This document shows, in pieces, positions 1-8,202 of a stretch of DNA of 60,344 nt. Location: contig JBBSXC010000005.1 of assembly GCA_038045945.1 (NCBI GenBank), positions 1-60,344 on the forward strand. Reading direction: 5' to 3'. This stretch comes from Nanobdellota archaeon (GTDB taxonomy: Archaea; Nanobdellota; Nanobdellia; Pacearchaeales; GW2011-AR1). The first letter of the stretch is position 1; each line of letters opens with the position of its first letter. A model generated the notes under the pieces. It made no database searches. It had not been told where the DNA came from and worked only from the letters and a program-made list of their open reading frames with translations. The position numbers and the translations under genes were made by a program.

Positions 1-81
1 ATAATAACAATAGTAATACTAACAATAATGACAGCAAGAATAATAAGAAAAATAAAAGAAGGAAATAAAGAAAACAATTAA
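1..81 (+). CDS. 3' end of a truncated membrane protein gene (partial)
   Basis: Frame 1 is open from the window edge: IITIVILTIMTARIIRKIKEGNKENN*, a hydrophobic stretch then a basic tail; its stop overlaps the stop of the convergent gene. Confidence 0.5.
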   Translation: MITIVILTIMTARIIRKIKEGNKENN

Positions 82-515
82 GTTGCCAATTCTAATTTTT
101 CAGTAAGATCTTTCTTATTACGACCTTTAGACAACCCCTCTCCCCTAAAATGCCATTTTTCTTTAGGTATACCAAAACCTTCTTTCGCTTGGTTAATACC
201 ATCATAAAATTTGTCTAAAACATCACCAAAACCCGCTCTTCTTGCTCGCCTTTGAGTAGCTGAAGGCTTGTCTAGCAAGTATTCACAAAAGGCTATTCTT
301 CTTGTAAGCCAATAATCCTCATCTTTAGGTGAAAACTTCGATACTTTAACACCAGCAGCTAATTTAGCATTATTTATACCGCCATACTTTTTATCTATAA
401 TATTCTGAAAGCCATAATCCCTTGCCTTTTTTTGAGTAGCACGAGGATATTTTTGCAAAAAAGTCATAAATGAACAATCAATAGTACTCCAATATTCATC
501 AGTGTATTTTACCAT
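78..515 (-). CDS. hypothetical protein with two ~59-aa internal repeats (possibly DNA-binding)
   Basis: Repeats YWST..F..FL.KYPRATQKKAR.YGF..IIDK.YGGINNAK and YWLT..F..YL.DKPSATQRRAR.AGF..VLDK.YDGINQAK. Confidence 0.75.
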   Translation of the reverse strand: MVKYTDEYWSTIDCSFMTFLQKYPRATQKKARDYGFQNIIDKKYGGINNAKLAAGVKVSKFSPKDEDYWLTRRIAFCEYLLDKPSATQRRARRAGFGDVLDKFYDGINQAKEGFGIPKEKWHFRGEGLSKGRNKKDLTEKLELAT

Positions 516-531
516 TTCACTTTAGAAAAAA

Positions 532-759
532 CTAGTTTTTTGTGGTTTTGTGATTTTTGGAATGTTCTCCTTCTTCTAGCCCACAAGTACAATCAGCCAT
601 TCCTTTAAAATCACGGGCCGTTAATCCTTCCTCGTAACCAGCAATAAGTTTCATAGTCTCATCTAATAATTCTTGCTCTTTAAGACGATCAGGATGATCA
701 TCAGAGTGATCACTAGAAGAATTACTTACACTTTTAACAATTATATTTTTAGAAGTCAT
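532..759 (-). CDS. small hypothetical protein (75 aa, C-terminal CxC...H)
   Basis: ATG at 759 removes the overlap with the helicase gene: MTSKNII...DCTCGLEEGEHSK. Confidence 0.5.
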   Translation of the reverse strand: MTSKNIIVKSVSNSSSDHSDDHPDRLKEQELLDETMKLIAGYEEGLTARDFKGMADCTCGLEEGEHSKNHKTTKN

Positions 760-805
760 AAAAATGATAAATGGAAACGATTTAAAAATCTTATTAAAAA
801 CATAC

Positions 806-2173
806 TTACCATCTTCCTGCTGATCTTTGTCTGTTACTAGATCTACCATTACTTCTGTCGTGTCTTCCTCCACCACGACCGCCTTGCCCCCCGCTACCGC
901 CGCTTCTACCACTGCTCCTAGTTCCTCCGCTTCTGCTGTCACGACCGCTCTTACCACCTCTACCCCAATGATTACCACCACGATGACCACCACGGTTTTG
1001 TTCTCTAGGTTTAGGTTTAGCAGCTAAGCCGACAGCGTTTCTTGATTCTTCAGAATGATAAGTATGAGTCATAACCTCAATAGGCATCTTGATAAGTCTC
1101 TCAATATCCCTCAAAAAATTTCTTTCTTCACCAGAACAAAAAGAGTAAGCAGTGCCTTGAGCTCCAGCCCTTGCCGTTCTACCTATACGATGAACATAAC
1201 TTTCAGGCTCGTTAGGTAACTCAAAATTAATAACGTGAGAAATATCATCAATATCAATACCTCTAGCAGCAATATCAGTAGCTACTAAAACTTTAACTCT
1301 ACCATTCTTGAAGTCATCAAGCGCAGCAGTACGATAATTTTGTGCTTTGTTACCATGAATGGCATCAGACTTGATACCGTTCCTTCTAAGAAAATAAGCA
1401 ATTTTGTCAGCACGATGCTTAGTTCTAGTAAAAATTAGGACTTTGCTCAAATGTTCCTTTTGAAGAAGGTCTAACAATAATTGTTCCTTATCAGGTTTAT
1501 CAACGAAGAATAAGCATTGTTTGATTCTATCAACAGTTGTTGCTTGAGGGGTAACACTAACACGAAAAGGATTTCTCAATAAACTACTAGCTAAATTATC
1601 AACATCAGGCGACATCGTAGCAGAAAAAAATATTGTTTGACGTTTTTGAGGAAGCCTGGAAATAATCCTTTTAATATCATGAATAAAACCCATATCTAAC
1701 ATCCTATCAGCTTCATCTAAAACAAAAAACTCAATTTCTTGTAAACTAACAAGTCTTTGCTCCATTAAATCAAGAAGTCTGCCAGGAGTAGCAATGATAA
1801 TATCTACTCCCCTTCTAATTGCACTAGCTTGTGGCGACTGATTAACACCACCAAAAATAACGACTTTCTTAAAATTTAAGAATTTACCATAATTATCAAA
1901 GCTTTCACCAATTTGTGCGGCAAGCTCACGAGTAGGTGCTAAAACCAAAGTTTTCATCCCGCCACTATTATGAGTAGATTGACTCATACGTTGAAGTATA
2001 GGCAAAACGAAAGCAGCAGTCTTACCAGTGCCAGTTTGAGCAATACCTATCAAATCCTTACCAGACAGAAGTTCAGGAATAGCCTTAGACTGTATAGGAG
2101 TAGGTTCAGTATAACCCTGTAAAGCTACAGCTTTCTGCAAAGGTTCAATCAATGATAAATCTTTAAATGACAT
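806..2173 (-). CDS. rhlE: DEAD-box RNA helicase, RhlE-like (bacterial type)
   Basis: Q motif (PTPIQ), AQTGTGKT, PTRELA, TPGRL, DEAD, SAT, ARGID, HRIGRTARAG and a Gly/Arg-rich tail. Confidence 0.9.
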   Translation of the reverse strand: MSFKDLSLIEPLQKAVALQGYTEPTPIQSKAIPELLSGKDLIGIAQTGTGKTAAFVLPILQRMSQSTHNSGGMKTLVLAPTRELAAQIGESFDNYGKFLNFKKVVIFGGVNQSPQASAIRRGVDIIIATPGRLLDLMEQRLVSLQEIEFFVLDEADRMLDMGFIHDIKRIISRLPQKRQTIFFSATMSPDVDNLASSLLRNPFRVSVTPQATTVDRIKQCLFFVDKPDKEQLLLDLLQKEHLSKVLIFTRTKHRADKIAYFLRRNGIKSDAIHGNKAQNYRTAALDDFKNGRVKVLVATDIAARGIDIDDISHVINFELPNEPESYVHRIGRTARAGAQGTAYSFCSGEERNFLRDIERLIKMPIEVMTHTYHSEESRNAVGLAAKPKPREQNRGGHRGGNHWGRGGKSGRDSRSGGTRSSGRSGGSGGQGGRGGGRHDRSNGRSSNRQRSAGRW

Positions 2174-2232
2174 AAAAATAAGACAAAAACAGCCCTCTTA
2201 AACTATAGCTTTTTAAGAAAAAAAGGCAAAAA

Positions 2233-2303
2233 TGCACCACCGGGGAATTGAACCCCGCTCTCGACCTTGGCAAGGTCGCGTTCTACCGATAAACCAGTAG
2301 TGC
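2233..2303 (-). tRNA. tRNA-Gly(GCC)
   Basis: Reverse complement GCACTAC...CGACC-TTGCCAA-GGTCG...GGTTCAATTCC...GTGGTGC-A forms a cloverleaf; no intron and no encoded CCA. Confidence 0.95.
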
Positions 2304-2397
2304 GTTTTACTAGATTAATCATAAATCATAGTATTAAAAACGTTATGGTCTAAGAAATAGTTTAAGTTTATAAACGAGAAAACGCTATTTTTTTCTG

Positions 2398-3147
2398 ATG
2401 GAGTTATTAACAGCCATAATAATAGCAGTAGTAATCGTTAGCCTAATATCATTTGTGGGGATATCAATACTTGTAATAAGAAAGAGGTTTCTTGATAAAA
2501 TAATAAACCTCCTTGTAGCTTTCTCAGCAGGATCACTACTAGCAACAGCATTTTTAGAACTAATACCGGAATCATACGAAAACGGCGCTAGCTTAATATT
2601 CGTAATTATTGGAATAATGATATTTTTCGTTATGGAAGCAATAATTCATTGGCACCACCACCACAACTCGGATGACGACGAGCACATGCACAAAGTACAC
2701 CCAGTAGTTTACCTAAACATTTTCGGAGACGCAATACACAACATGGTTGATGGAGCAATAATAGCAGCGAGTTACTTAGTAAGTATACCAGTAGGGATAT
2801 CAACGACAATAGCAATAGCCGCTCACGAAATACCACAAGAATTAGGAGACTTCGCAGTCCTAGTAAGCGGAGGGTTAAGCAAAAAAAGAGCATTATTACT
2901 AAACTCACTTAGTGCGATATTCTCAATAATTGGAGCATTAGTAAGCTACAGTTTACTAAACAGAATTCAGTCAGCAATACCGATAATAAACCTAATAGCT
3001 GCTGGAGGACTAATATATATAGCAACAGCAGACTTATTCCCAAGACTCCACGAAGAAAAAAACTACAAAAAAATAATAGTACAAGCACTAGGAATAATCG
3101 CAGGAGTAGTAGTAATATGGTTATTAGTAAAAAACTTAGCAGAATAA
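2398..3147 (+). CDS. ZIP-family zinc/metal transporter
   Basis: Multiple TM helices, His-rich loop (HWHHHH), GDAIHNMVDG and HEIPQELGDF motifs. Confidence 0.92.
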   Translation: MELLTAIIIAVVIVSLISFVGISILVIRKRFLDKIINLLVAFSAGSLLATAFLELIPESYENGASLIFVIIGIMIFFVMEAIIHWHHHHNSDDDEHMHKVHPVVYLNIFGDAIHNMVDGAIIAASYLVSIPVGISTTIAIAAHEIPQELGDFAVLVSGGLSKKRALLLNSLSAIFSIIGALVSYSLLNRIQSAIPIINLIAAGGLIYIATADLFPRLHEEKNYKKIIVQALGIIAGVVVIWLLVKNLAE

Positions 3148-3161
3148 AAAAATAATTATTA

Positions 3162-3232
3162 TGGCCCCGGAAGGAATCGAACCTTCAACATCTCGGTGTA
3201 AACGAGAGGGTTTGCCACTAGCCTACGAGGCC
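3162..3232 (-). tRNA. tRNA-Val(TAC)
   Basis: Reverse complement GGCCTCG...TCTCG-TTTACAC-CGAGA...GGTTCGATTCC...CGGGGCC-A. Confidence 0.95.
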
Positions 3233-3265
3233 AATCGTATAATAATAGTTTAAGAAAGTGAGTTT

Positions 3266-4372
3266 TTAAGCCTTACCGCTACCAATCATAGAGCCAGGAA
3301 CACTCCAATCATAAGTTCTAAGGCTGCCGTCACGACTCTTATCCCAAAAAGTACCATCATAACGCAGAGCTCTCGCCTTCCTCATCAATAAAACGCAAGT
3401 CTCATTAATGTCTGGTTTACGAAGACGTTCTTGTGACTCACTAATATTAGGATCATAAACTAACATGTTACTTCTTAAGAATTTAGAAAAAGCTACTAGT
3501 TCTTTAGAAGGAGTAAGAATTGGGGAAAAATCAAAAGCTGCCCGGTTCTTAAATTCTCTAATAATAAGGTGTTGAGCAGCGTAAGAAGCAGCAACGCAGT
3601 GAGCGGAAAAAGGGAGGACACGCATCAAGTTCATATCATCAAGTCTTGATTTAGTACCCCAATAAAAAAAGTCTGAGCGGTCTTCTTCACGATCATAATA
3701 AGTAGCAAGAGTCCAACCAAGAACTAAACCCTTTTTATCACTAACAGGTATGAATTCTAACTTGCCTTTGTAAAACTTATTAGTGCTTCTTGACGGCACC
3801 TCAAATTTTACTGATGCGCCATCACTATCAGCTCGCTCAGCATTATCTAGACTAACATTTATAGAAGACATGAGTAACGGCTCACCTGATTCGCTTAAAA
3901 GAGTGTGGGAATAAATTCTTGCACCATCAACAACAGTTTTTATAGGAACAACACGCGAAGGATGATCACCACCTTTTACTGGGCGATACTCATAACCAAC
4001 CCAGAATAATTCCTCTTCAGCAACATCTAATAACTTGTCAAAATCTTCTTTAATCACATCACAAGGTTTCTTAGGAGGCCTAACATCACCAGCAACGTAC
4101 AATGGTTGGTTAAGCTTAAAATAGCCAGAACGAAAATGTCTTCTTCTAGAAGCCTTGTTGGCTACACTCCCATTCCTCCCCCTACGATAAAATGCGGGGG
4201 TTAAGAAAGAATGGTTTTGTTCACAACCAATAATTAACGCCTTAGAATGATCAGTAGAATCAATAAGAGATACTAAACCACCAGGATTGTCAGCAATAAC
4301 CCTATCCAAACCCCTCAATTCAGAATCAGACCTATCAGCAAAGGCCGGTTTTCTATCACCCACAGTAATCAT
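3266..4372 (-). CDS. hypothetical protein (possible degenerate SWIM-like region)
   Basis: 368-aa ORF; VPSRS..KFY and AHCVAA segments loosely recall a SWIM context. Confidence 0.75.
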   Translation of the reverse strand: MITVGDRKPAFADRSDSELRGLDRVIADNPGGLVSLIDSTDHSKALIIGCEQNHSFLTPAFYRRGRNGSVANKASRRRHFRSGYFKLNQPLYVAGDVRPPKKPCDVIKEDFDKLLDVAEEELFWVGYEYRPVKGGDHPSRVVPIKTVVDGARIYSHTLLSESGEPLLMSSINVSLDNAERADSDGASVKFEVPSRSTNKFYKGKLEFIPVSDKKGLVLGWTLATYYDREEDRSDFFYWGTKSRLDDMNLMRVLPFSAHCVAASYAAQHLIIREFKNRAAFDFSPILTPSKELVAFSKFLRSNMLVYDPNISESQERLRKPDINETCVLLMRKARALRYDGTFWDKSRDGSLRTYDWSVPGSMIGSGKA

Positions 4373-4521
4373 TGTTAGTTATCACCATATTTATCTATAT
4401 CTATAGTAAATGATAACAATGGATAATTCATAACTATTAGTAGTATTAAAGAAGACAAAGAATGACGACAAAGCAATAAAAGAAGTGCAAGAAGTAGTAC
4501 TTTAATACAGACAGATAAAGG

Positions 4522-4529
4522 TTTAAATA
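4522..4529 (+). promoter_or_regulatory. archaeal TATA box (TTTAAATA), probable leaderless transcript
   Basis: Lies 22-29 nt upstream of ATG 4551; the same geometry recurs before many genes in the window. Confidence 0.55.
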
Positions 4530-4550
4530 AGCAAAAACAGTAAATTGTTA

Positions 4551-6398
4551 ATGGCTAACGAAGGAGCAAGCTTTGAAGACCAAGTAAAAGACAAAAAAGA
4601 TACTTATTCTAAAGAAAACGGTCAATCAGGAAATAATAACACAACAGGAATAGAAAAAGAAAAACTACCACAAGAAATGAGCGAGAAAGTTAGGAAAGAG
4701 ATGGAAAAGACGAGGCTAGAACTAGAAAAACTAAAAAAAGAGTTCGTAAAAAAGTATTCTTTCATAAGAGCAATAGGAATACTACCATCACAAGGAACAC
4801 AAAAATTTGTTGAAGAAGAATTCACGAACAAAGAGGATATTGAAAGAGTAAGCAAAATGATTAATTTAGTAGTAATAATACCAGAAGACAAATACAAAAA
4901 AGTCAAAGAAATAAGAGAAGGACTAATAAAAATTGCTGAATCACAAAAACAAAAAGTATGGATTCATATAATGTCACACGTTGACGTATTCAACTATGGC
5001 CTGGACGGAAAGTATGAATACACAGCAGACATAGGAATGAGTTACCCTCTTTACGATAAGGACTTCTTAGCAAATCTGCGCGTAGCAGAATACCACAAAC
5101 ACTTAGTATTAAGAAAATTCGAAAAATACATTGTTAGTTATGTAATAGCAGGAAGCTTCGTGCGAGGAGACGCAGTGAAAACTTCAGACGTTGACACATG
5201 CGTAATAATAGACGACACGGACGTTAAGAGAATGTCAAGACTTGAACTAAAAGATAAACTACGAGGATGGATTCACAGATACATTGCTGAAGCAGGAGAA
5301 TTAGCACAAGTAAAAAACGTTCTAAACGTACAAGTATACTTACTAACAGAATTCTGGGAAGCAGTAAAAGACGCACACCCAGTAATGTTCACGTTCATAA
5401 GGGATGGAATACCTTTGTACGATAGAGGAACATTCTTACCATGGAAGCTTCTGCTAAAAATGGGAAAACTAAAACCTTCCCCTGAAGCAATTGATATGTT
5501 CATGGCAAGCGGAGATAAACTAAACGAAGTAGTTAAAAGAAGGTTACTAGACATAGCCGTCGGAGACATTTATTGGAGTATTCTAACACCAACACAAGCA
5601 CTAATAATGCTTTACGGACAAGCACCACCAACAACCAAAGAAACACCTGGGATGCTAAAAGAAATATTTTATGACAAAGAAAAAATGTTAGAAAAAAAGT
5701 ATGTTGATTTCGTAGAAAAAATAATAAAGCTTTACAAGGATTACGAACACCAAAAAGTTAGTGAAGTATCAGGTAAAGAAGTTGACCAATTAATGGTAGA
5801 AGCAAACGCTTACCTTAAAAGACTTAAAGAATTGCGAGAACAAATAGAAAAAGGGGCTCAAAAAAAGACTTTAGCACAAGCTCACGAAGAAGTAAGTAAG
5901 ATTTTAGGGTCAATACTAGGAGAAAAACAAGAAAGCAAACTAGCATCAATGTTCGAAAAAGAACTAATAAATAAGGGATTGTTGAATCCTAGACACCTAG
6001 AAACAATTAAGAGCATTATGAAAATCAATAATAAAGATAAGAAGACTAAGTCAGAAATGAATAGGCAACAAGTAGAAGACTTAAGAAAAGACTCAAGCAC
6101 ACTAATACGCGACCTTACAGAGTTTAAACAAAGAGAGGAATTATCAAGAATCGAGAAAGGAAGATTTAGAATAAAAACAGCCAAAGGAGAAAATTACGAA
6201 TTAATATCAACTGGAGAAGCAGCATTCCTAATAAGCCAAACAGCAATTAAAAAAATAACTAATAGGGTTTACGAATCTAACGAAAAAGAATTAAGCGAAC
6301 ACTTAAGCAAAAAAGCAGCCAGTAAAGAAACAAGAATAGACCCAAAAATCTTCCACATACTAGAACTAGAACTAGGACAGTTCGAGATGATAGCTTAA
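4551..6398 (+). CDS. Pol-beta-family nucleotidyltransferase with HEPN-like helical domain (large paralog)
   Basis: AGSFVRG...SDVD..VIIDD motif, followed by the helical segment IYW....QALIM..GQAPP. Confidence 0.8.
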   Translation: MANEGASFEDQVKDKKDTYSKENGQSGNNNTTGIEKEKLPQEMSEKVRKEMEKTRLELEKLKKEFVKKYSFIRAIGILPSQGTQKFVEEEFTNKEDIERVSKMINLVVIIPEDKYKKVKEIREGLIKIAESQKQKVWIHIMSHVDVFNYGLDGKYEYTADIGMSYPLYDKDFLANLRVAEYHKHLVLRKFEKYIVSYVIAGSFVRGDAVKTSDVDTCVIIDDTDVKRMSRLELKDKLRGWIHRYIAEAGELAQVKNVLNVQVYLLTEFWEAVKDAHPVMFTFIRDGIPLYDRGTFLPWKLLLKMGKLKPSPEAIDMFMASGDKLNEVVKRRLLDIAVGDIYWSILTPTQALIMLYGQAPPTTKETPGMLKEIFYDKEKMLEKKYVDFVEKIIKLYKDYEHQKVSEVSGKEVDQLMVEANAYLKRLKELREQIEKGAQKKTLAQAHEEVSKILGSILGEKQESKLASMFEKELINKGLLNPRHLETIKSIMKINNKDKKTKSEMNRQQVEDLRKDSSTLIRDLTEFKQREELSRIEKGRFRIKTAKGENYELISTGEAAFLISQTAIKKITNRVYESNEKELSEHLSKKAASKETRIDPKIFHILELELGQFEMIA

Positions 6399-6437
6399 AA
6401 CAACAATTCTTATAAAACAAAAAAACTAGCCTTAAAC

Positions 6438-6710
6438 ATGGACATGAGATACATAGCCCTTTCAATTCAGAGAAGAAGACCAGCAGCGGAAGGAACAAGA
6501 AGAGGAATAGGAGAGCCAATAAAGTACGGATTTATCCTGTCATACGACGCAATGGACACACAAGACACTAAAGAAACTAGTGAAGTAAGAAGAGCTTTTG
6601 AAGAAAAAGATGGGAGAGTACTATACGAGGGGCCTGACAGGACTGAGGCTAAAAGACTTGTAACGGGACAAAGAAAATATTCAGAGTTCTTAGCAGATAA
6701 TTTAATATAA
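6438..6710 (+). CDS. hypothetical protein
   Basis: 90-aa ORF filling the gap, with an upstream TTATAAAA box. Confidence 0.6.
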   Translation: MDMRYIALSIQRRRPAAEGTRRGIGEPIKYGFILSYDAMDTQDTKETSEVRRAFEEKDGRVLYEGPDRTEAKRLVTGQRKYSEFLADNLI

Positions 6711-6770
6711 TAAAGAAGTTTTCATTTATGACACTAAAGCTTTAAAAACCTTAATTTTCTTGACTATTTC

Positions 6771-7052
6771 ATGAAAGGAACAGTAGTACAGTTCAGAAGA
6801 GGAAACAGAACACTAACAGAAAAGCATTTCACACTAAATTTTGATTGCAAAAATAGAGCTGAAGCTATGAAACTAATAGGCAAAGAAGTAGTATGGACAA
6901 GCACAGGAAAAGAGCCAAAAAAGATAAGCGGAAAAATTTCTAGCGCTCACGGAAACAAAGGACTTGTTAGAGCAATATTCGAAAGAGGACTACCAGGACA
7001 AGCACTAACAACAGAGATAGAAATGAAAGAGAATTCTGGAGGAAAAAAGTAA
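6771..7052 (+). CDS. rpl35ae: 50S ribosomal protein L35Ae (eL33)
   Basis: MKG.VV.FRRG...LIGKEVVW...GKISSAHGNKGLVRAIFERGLPGQA. Confidence 0.92.
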   Translation: MKGTVVQFRRGNRTLTEKHFTLNFDCKNRAEAMKLIGKEVVWTSTGKEPKKISGKISSAHGNKGLVRAIFERGLPGQALTTEIEMKENSGGKK

Positions 7053-7053
7053 T

Positions 7054-7620
7054 ATGGCATTAAGAAAAGCAGCAGCATACAGTAAGAGATATGCTCGCCC
7101 CTACACAAGAAAATCAAAAAAGAAAGGAAAAAATTATGTTAAGATGTACCCACCAAGCAAAATAGTAAAGTTTGATATGGGAGACGTATCAGGATTCAAC
7201 CAAGGAAAATTCCCAATACTTGTAAGATTAGTAGCAGGACACGACGTACAAATAAGAGACACAGCACTAGAAGCAGGAAGACAAGTAATAATTAAAGCAA
7301 TGGAATCAAACTTTGGAGTAAGCGGATTCGCAGCATTCCTTAAAGTTCACCCACACCACGTTTTAAGAGAACACAAAATGCTTACAGGAGCAGGAGCTGA
7401 CCGTATGAGCAGTGGTATGAGCTTATCATTCGGAGTTTCTGTCGGTAGAGCAGCAATGGTTAAGGGCGGAAGCGACATTTTTGTAGTAGCAACAAACAGC
7501 GAGAAGGGAAAGAAAATCTGCAGAGAAGCATACATGAAAATAAGACCAAAAATACCAGGATCATGCGTAATATTAGTAGATGAACCACCAGTAAAAAAAG
7601 CAACAGAAATAGAAGCATAA
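7054..7620 (+). CDS. rpl10e: 50S ribosomal protein uL16 (L10e)
   Basis: QIRDTALEAGR and HPHHVLREHKMLTGAGADRMSSGM..SFG..VGRAA. Confidence 0.93.
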   Translation: MALRKAAAYSKRYARPYTRKSKKKGKNYVKMYPPSKIVKFDMGDVSGFNQGKFPILVRLVAGHDVQIRDTALEAGRQVIIKAMESNFGVSGFAAFLKVHPHHVLREHKMLTGAGADRMSSGMSLSFGVSVGRAAMVKGGSDIFVVATNSEKGKKICREAYMKIRPKIPGSCVILVDEPPVKKATEIEA

Positions 7621-7685
7621 AAAAAAGAACAAAGACTGTTTTTTATAACATAAATACTTATTAATAGAATAAAAGATTTATCAAT

Positions 7686-8150
7686 ATGAATTTTAGAAAA
7701 ACAATTACATCATTAGGATTGTTAGCAACATTAACAGGATGTATGCAAGAACCTGACTTTAAGACGGAAACAAAATACCAAGTTAGTGAACTAAACTCTA
7801 ATGGAGGAGTATTCTCAAGGGATTCCCCACATGGATTAATGACCATCAGTGATAGAGACATATCATTCTCAAAAAGAAGAATCCCAGGAGGATATTTAGA
7901 ATTCATTAATTACGAAGACACAAACAAGGACGGTCAAGTAGACAGAGCAAGCGGAGATTTAATCGCTCCAGACGGATCATACTTTAAAGGAGACCTTATA
8001 AGAGACAGAGACTTTGATAAGTATCCAGACTACTTCGATTATTTTGATAAAGACTTCACCCAAGAAGTAAAGAATTTCCAGCCAACACTTGAAAAATATC
8101 GTGTTTGGCCAATATTCAAAGAAAAGGCAGAAATAGAAAATAAAAAATAA
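7686..8150 (+). CDS. putative lipoprotein / secreted protein
   Basis: Signal peptide with lipobox LTGC and a DxxxDGxVD Ca-binding-like loop (DTNKDGQVD). Confidence 0.7.
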   Translation: MNFRKTITSLGLLATLTGCMQEPDFKTETKYQVSELNSNGGVFSRDSPHGLMTISDRDISFSKRRIPGGYLEFINYEDTNKDGQVDRASGDLIAPDGSYFKGDLIRDRDFDKYPDYFDYFDKDFTQEVKNFQPTLEKYRVWPIFKEKAEIENKK

Positions 8151-8202
8151 AAACTTTTTCTTTAATCATAATCTTTATTAACTAAAGAATTTTTCTTTAA
8201 TC

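Noticed and set aside
760-993. N-terminal extension of the 532-993 ORF and the 827-1027 ORF
   Set aside because: Both are alternative frames of the helicase's Gly/Arg-rich tail.
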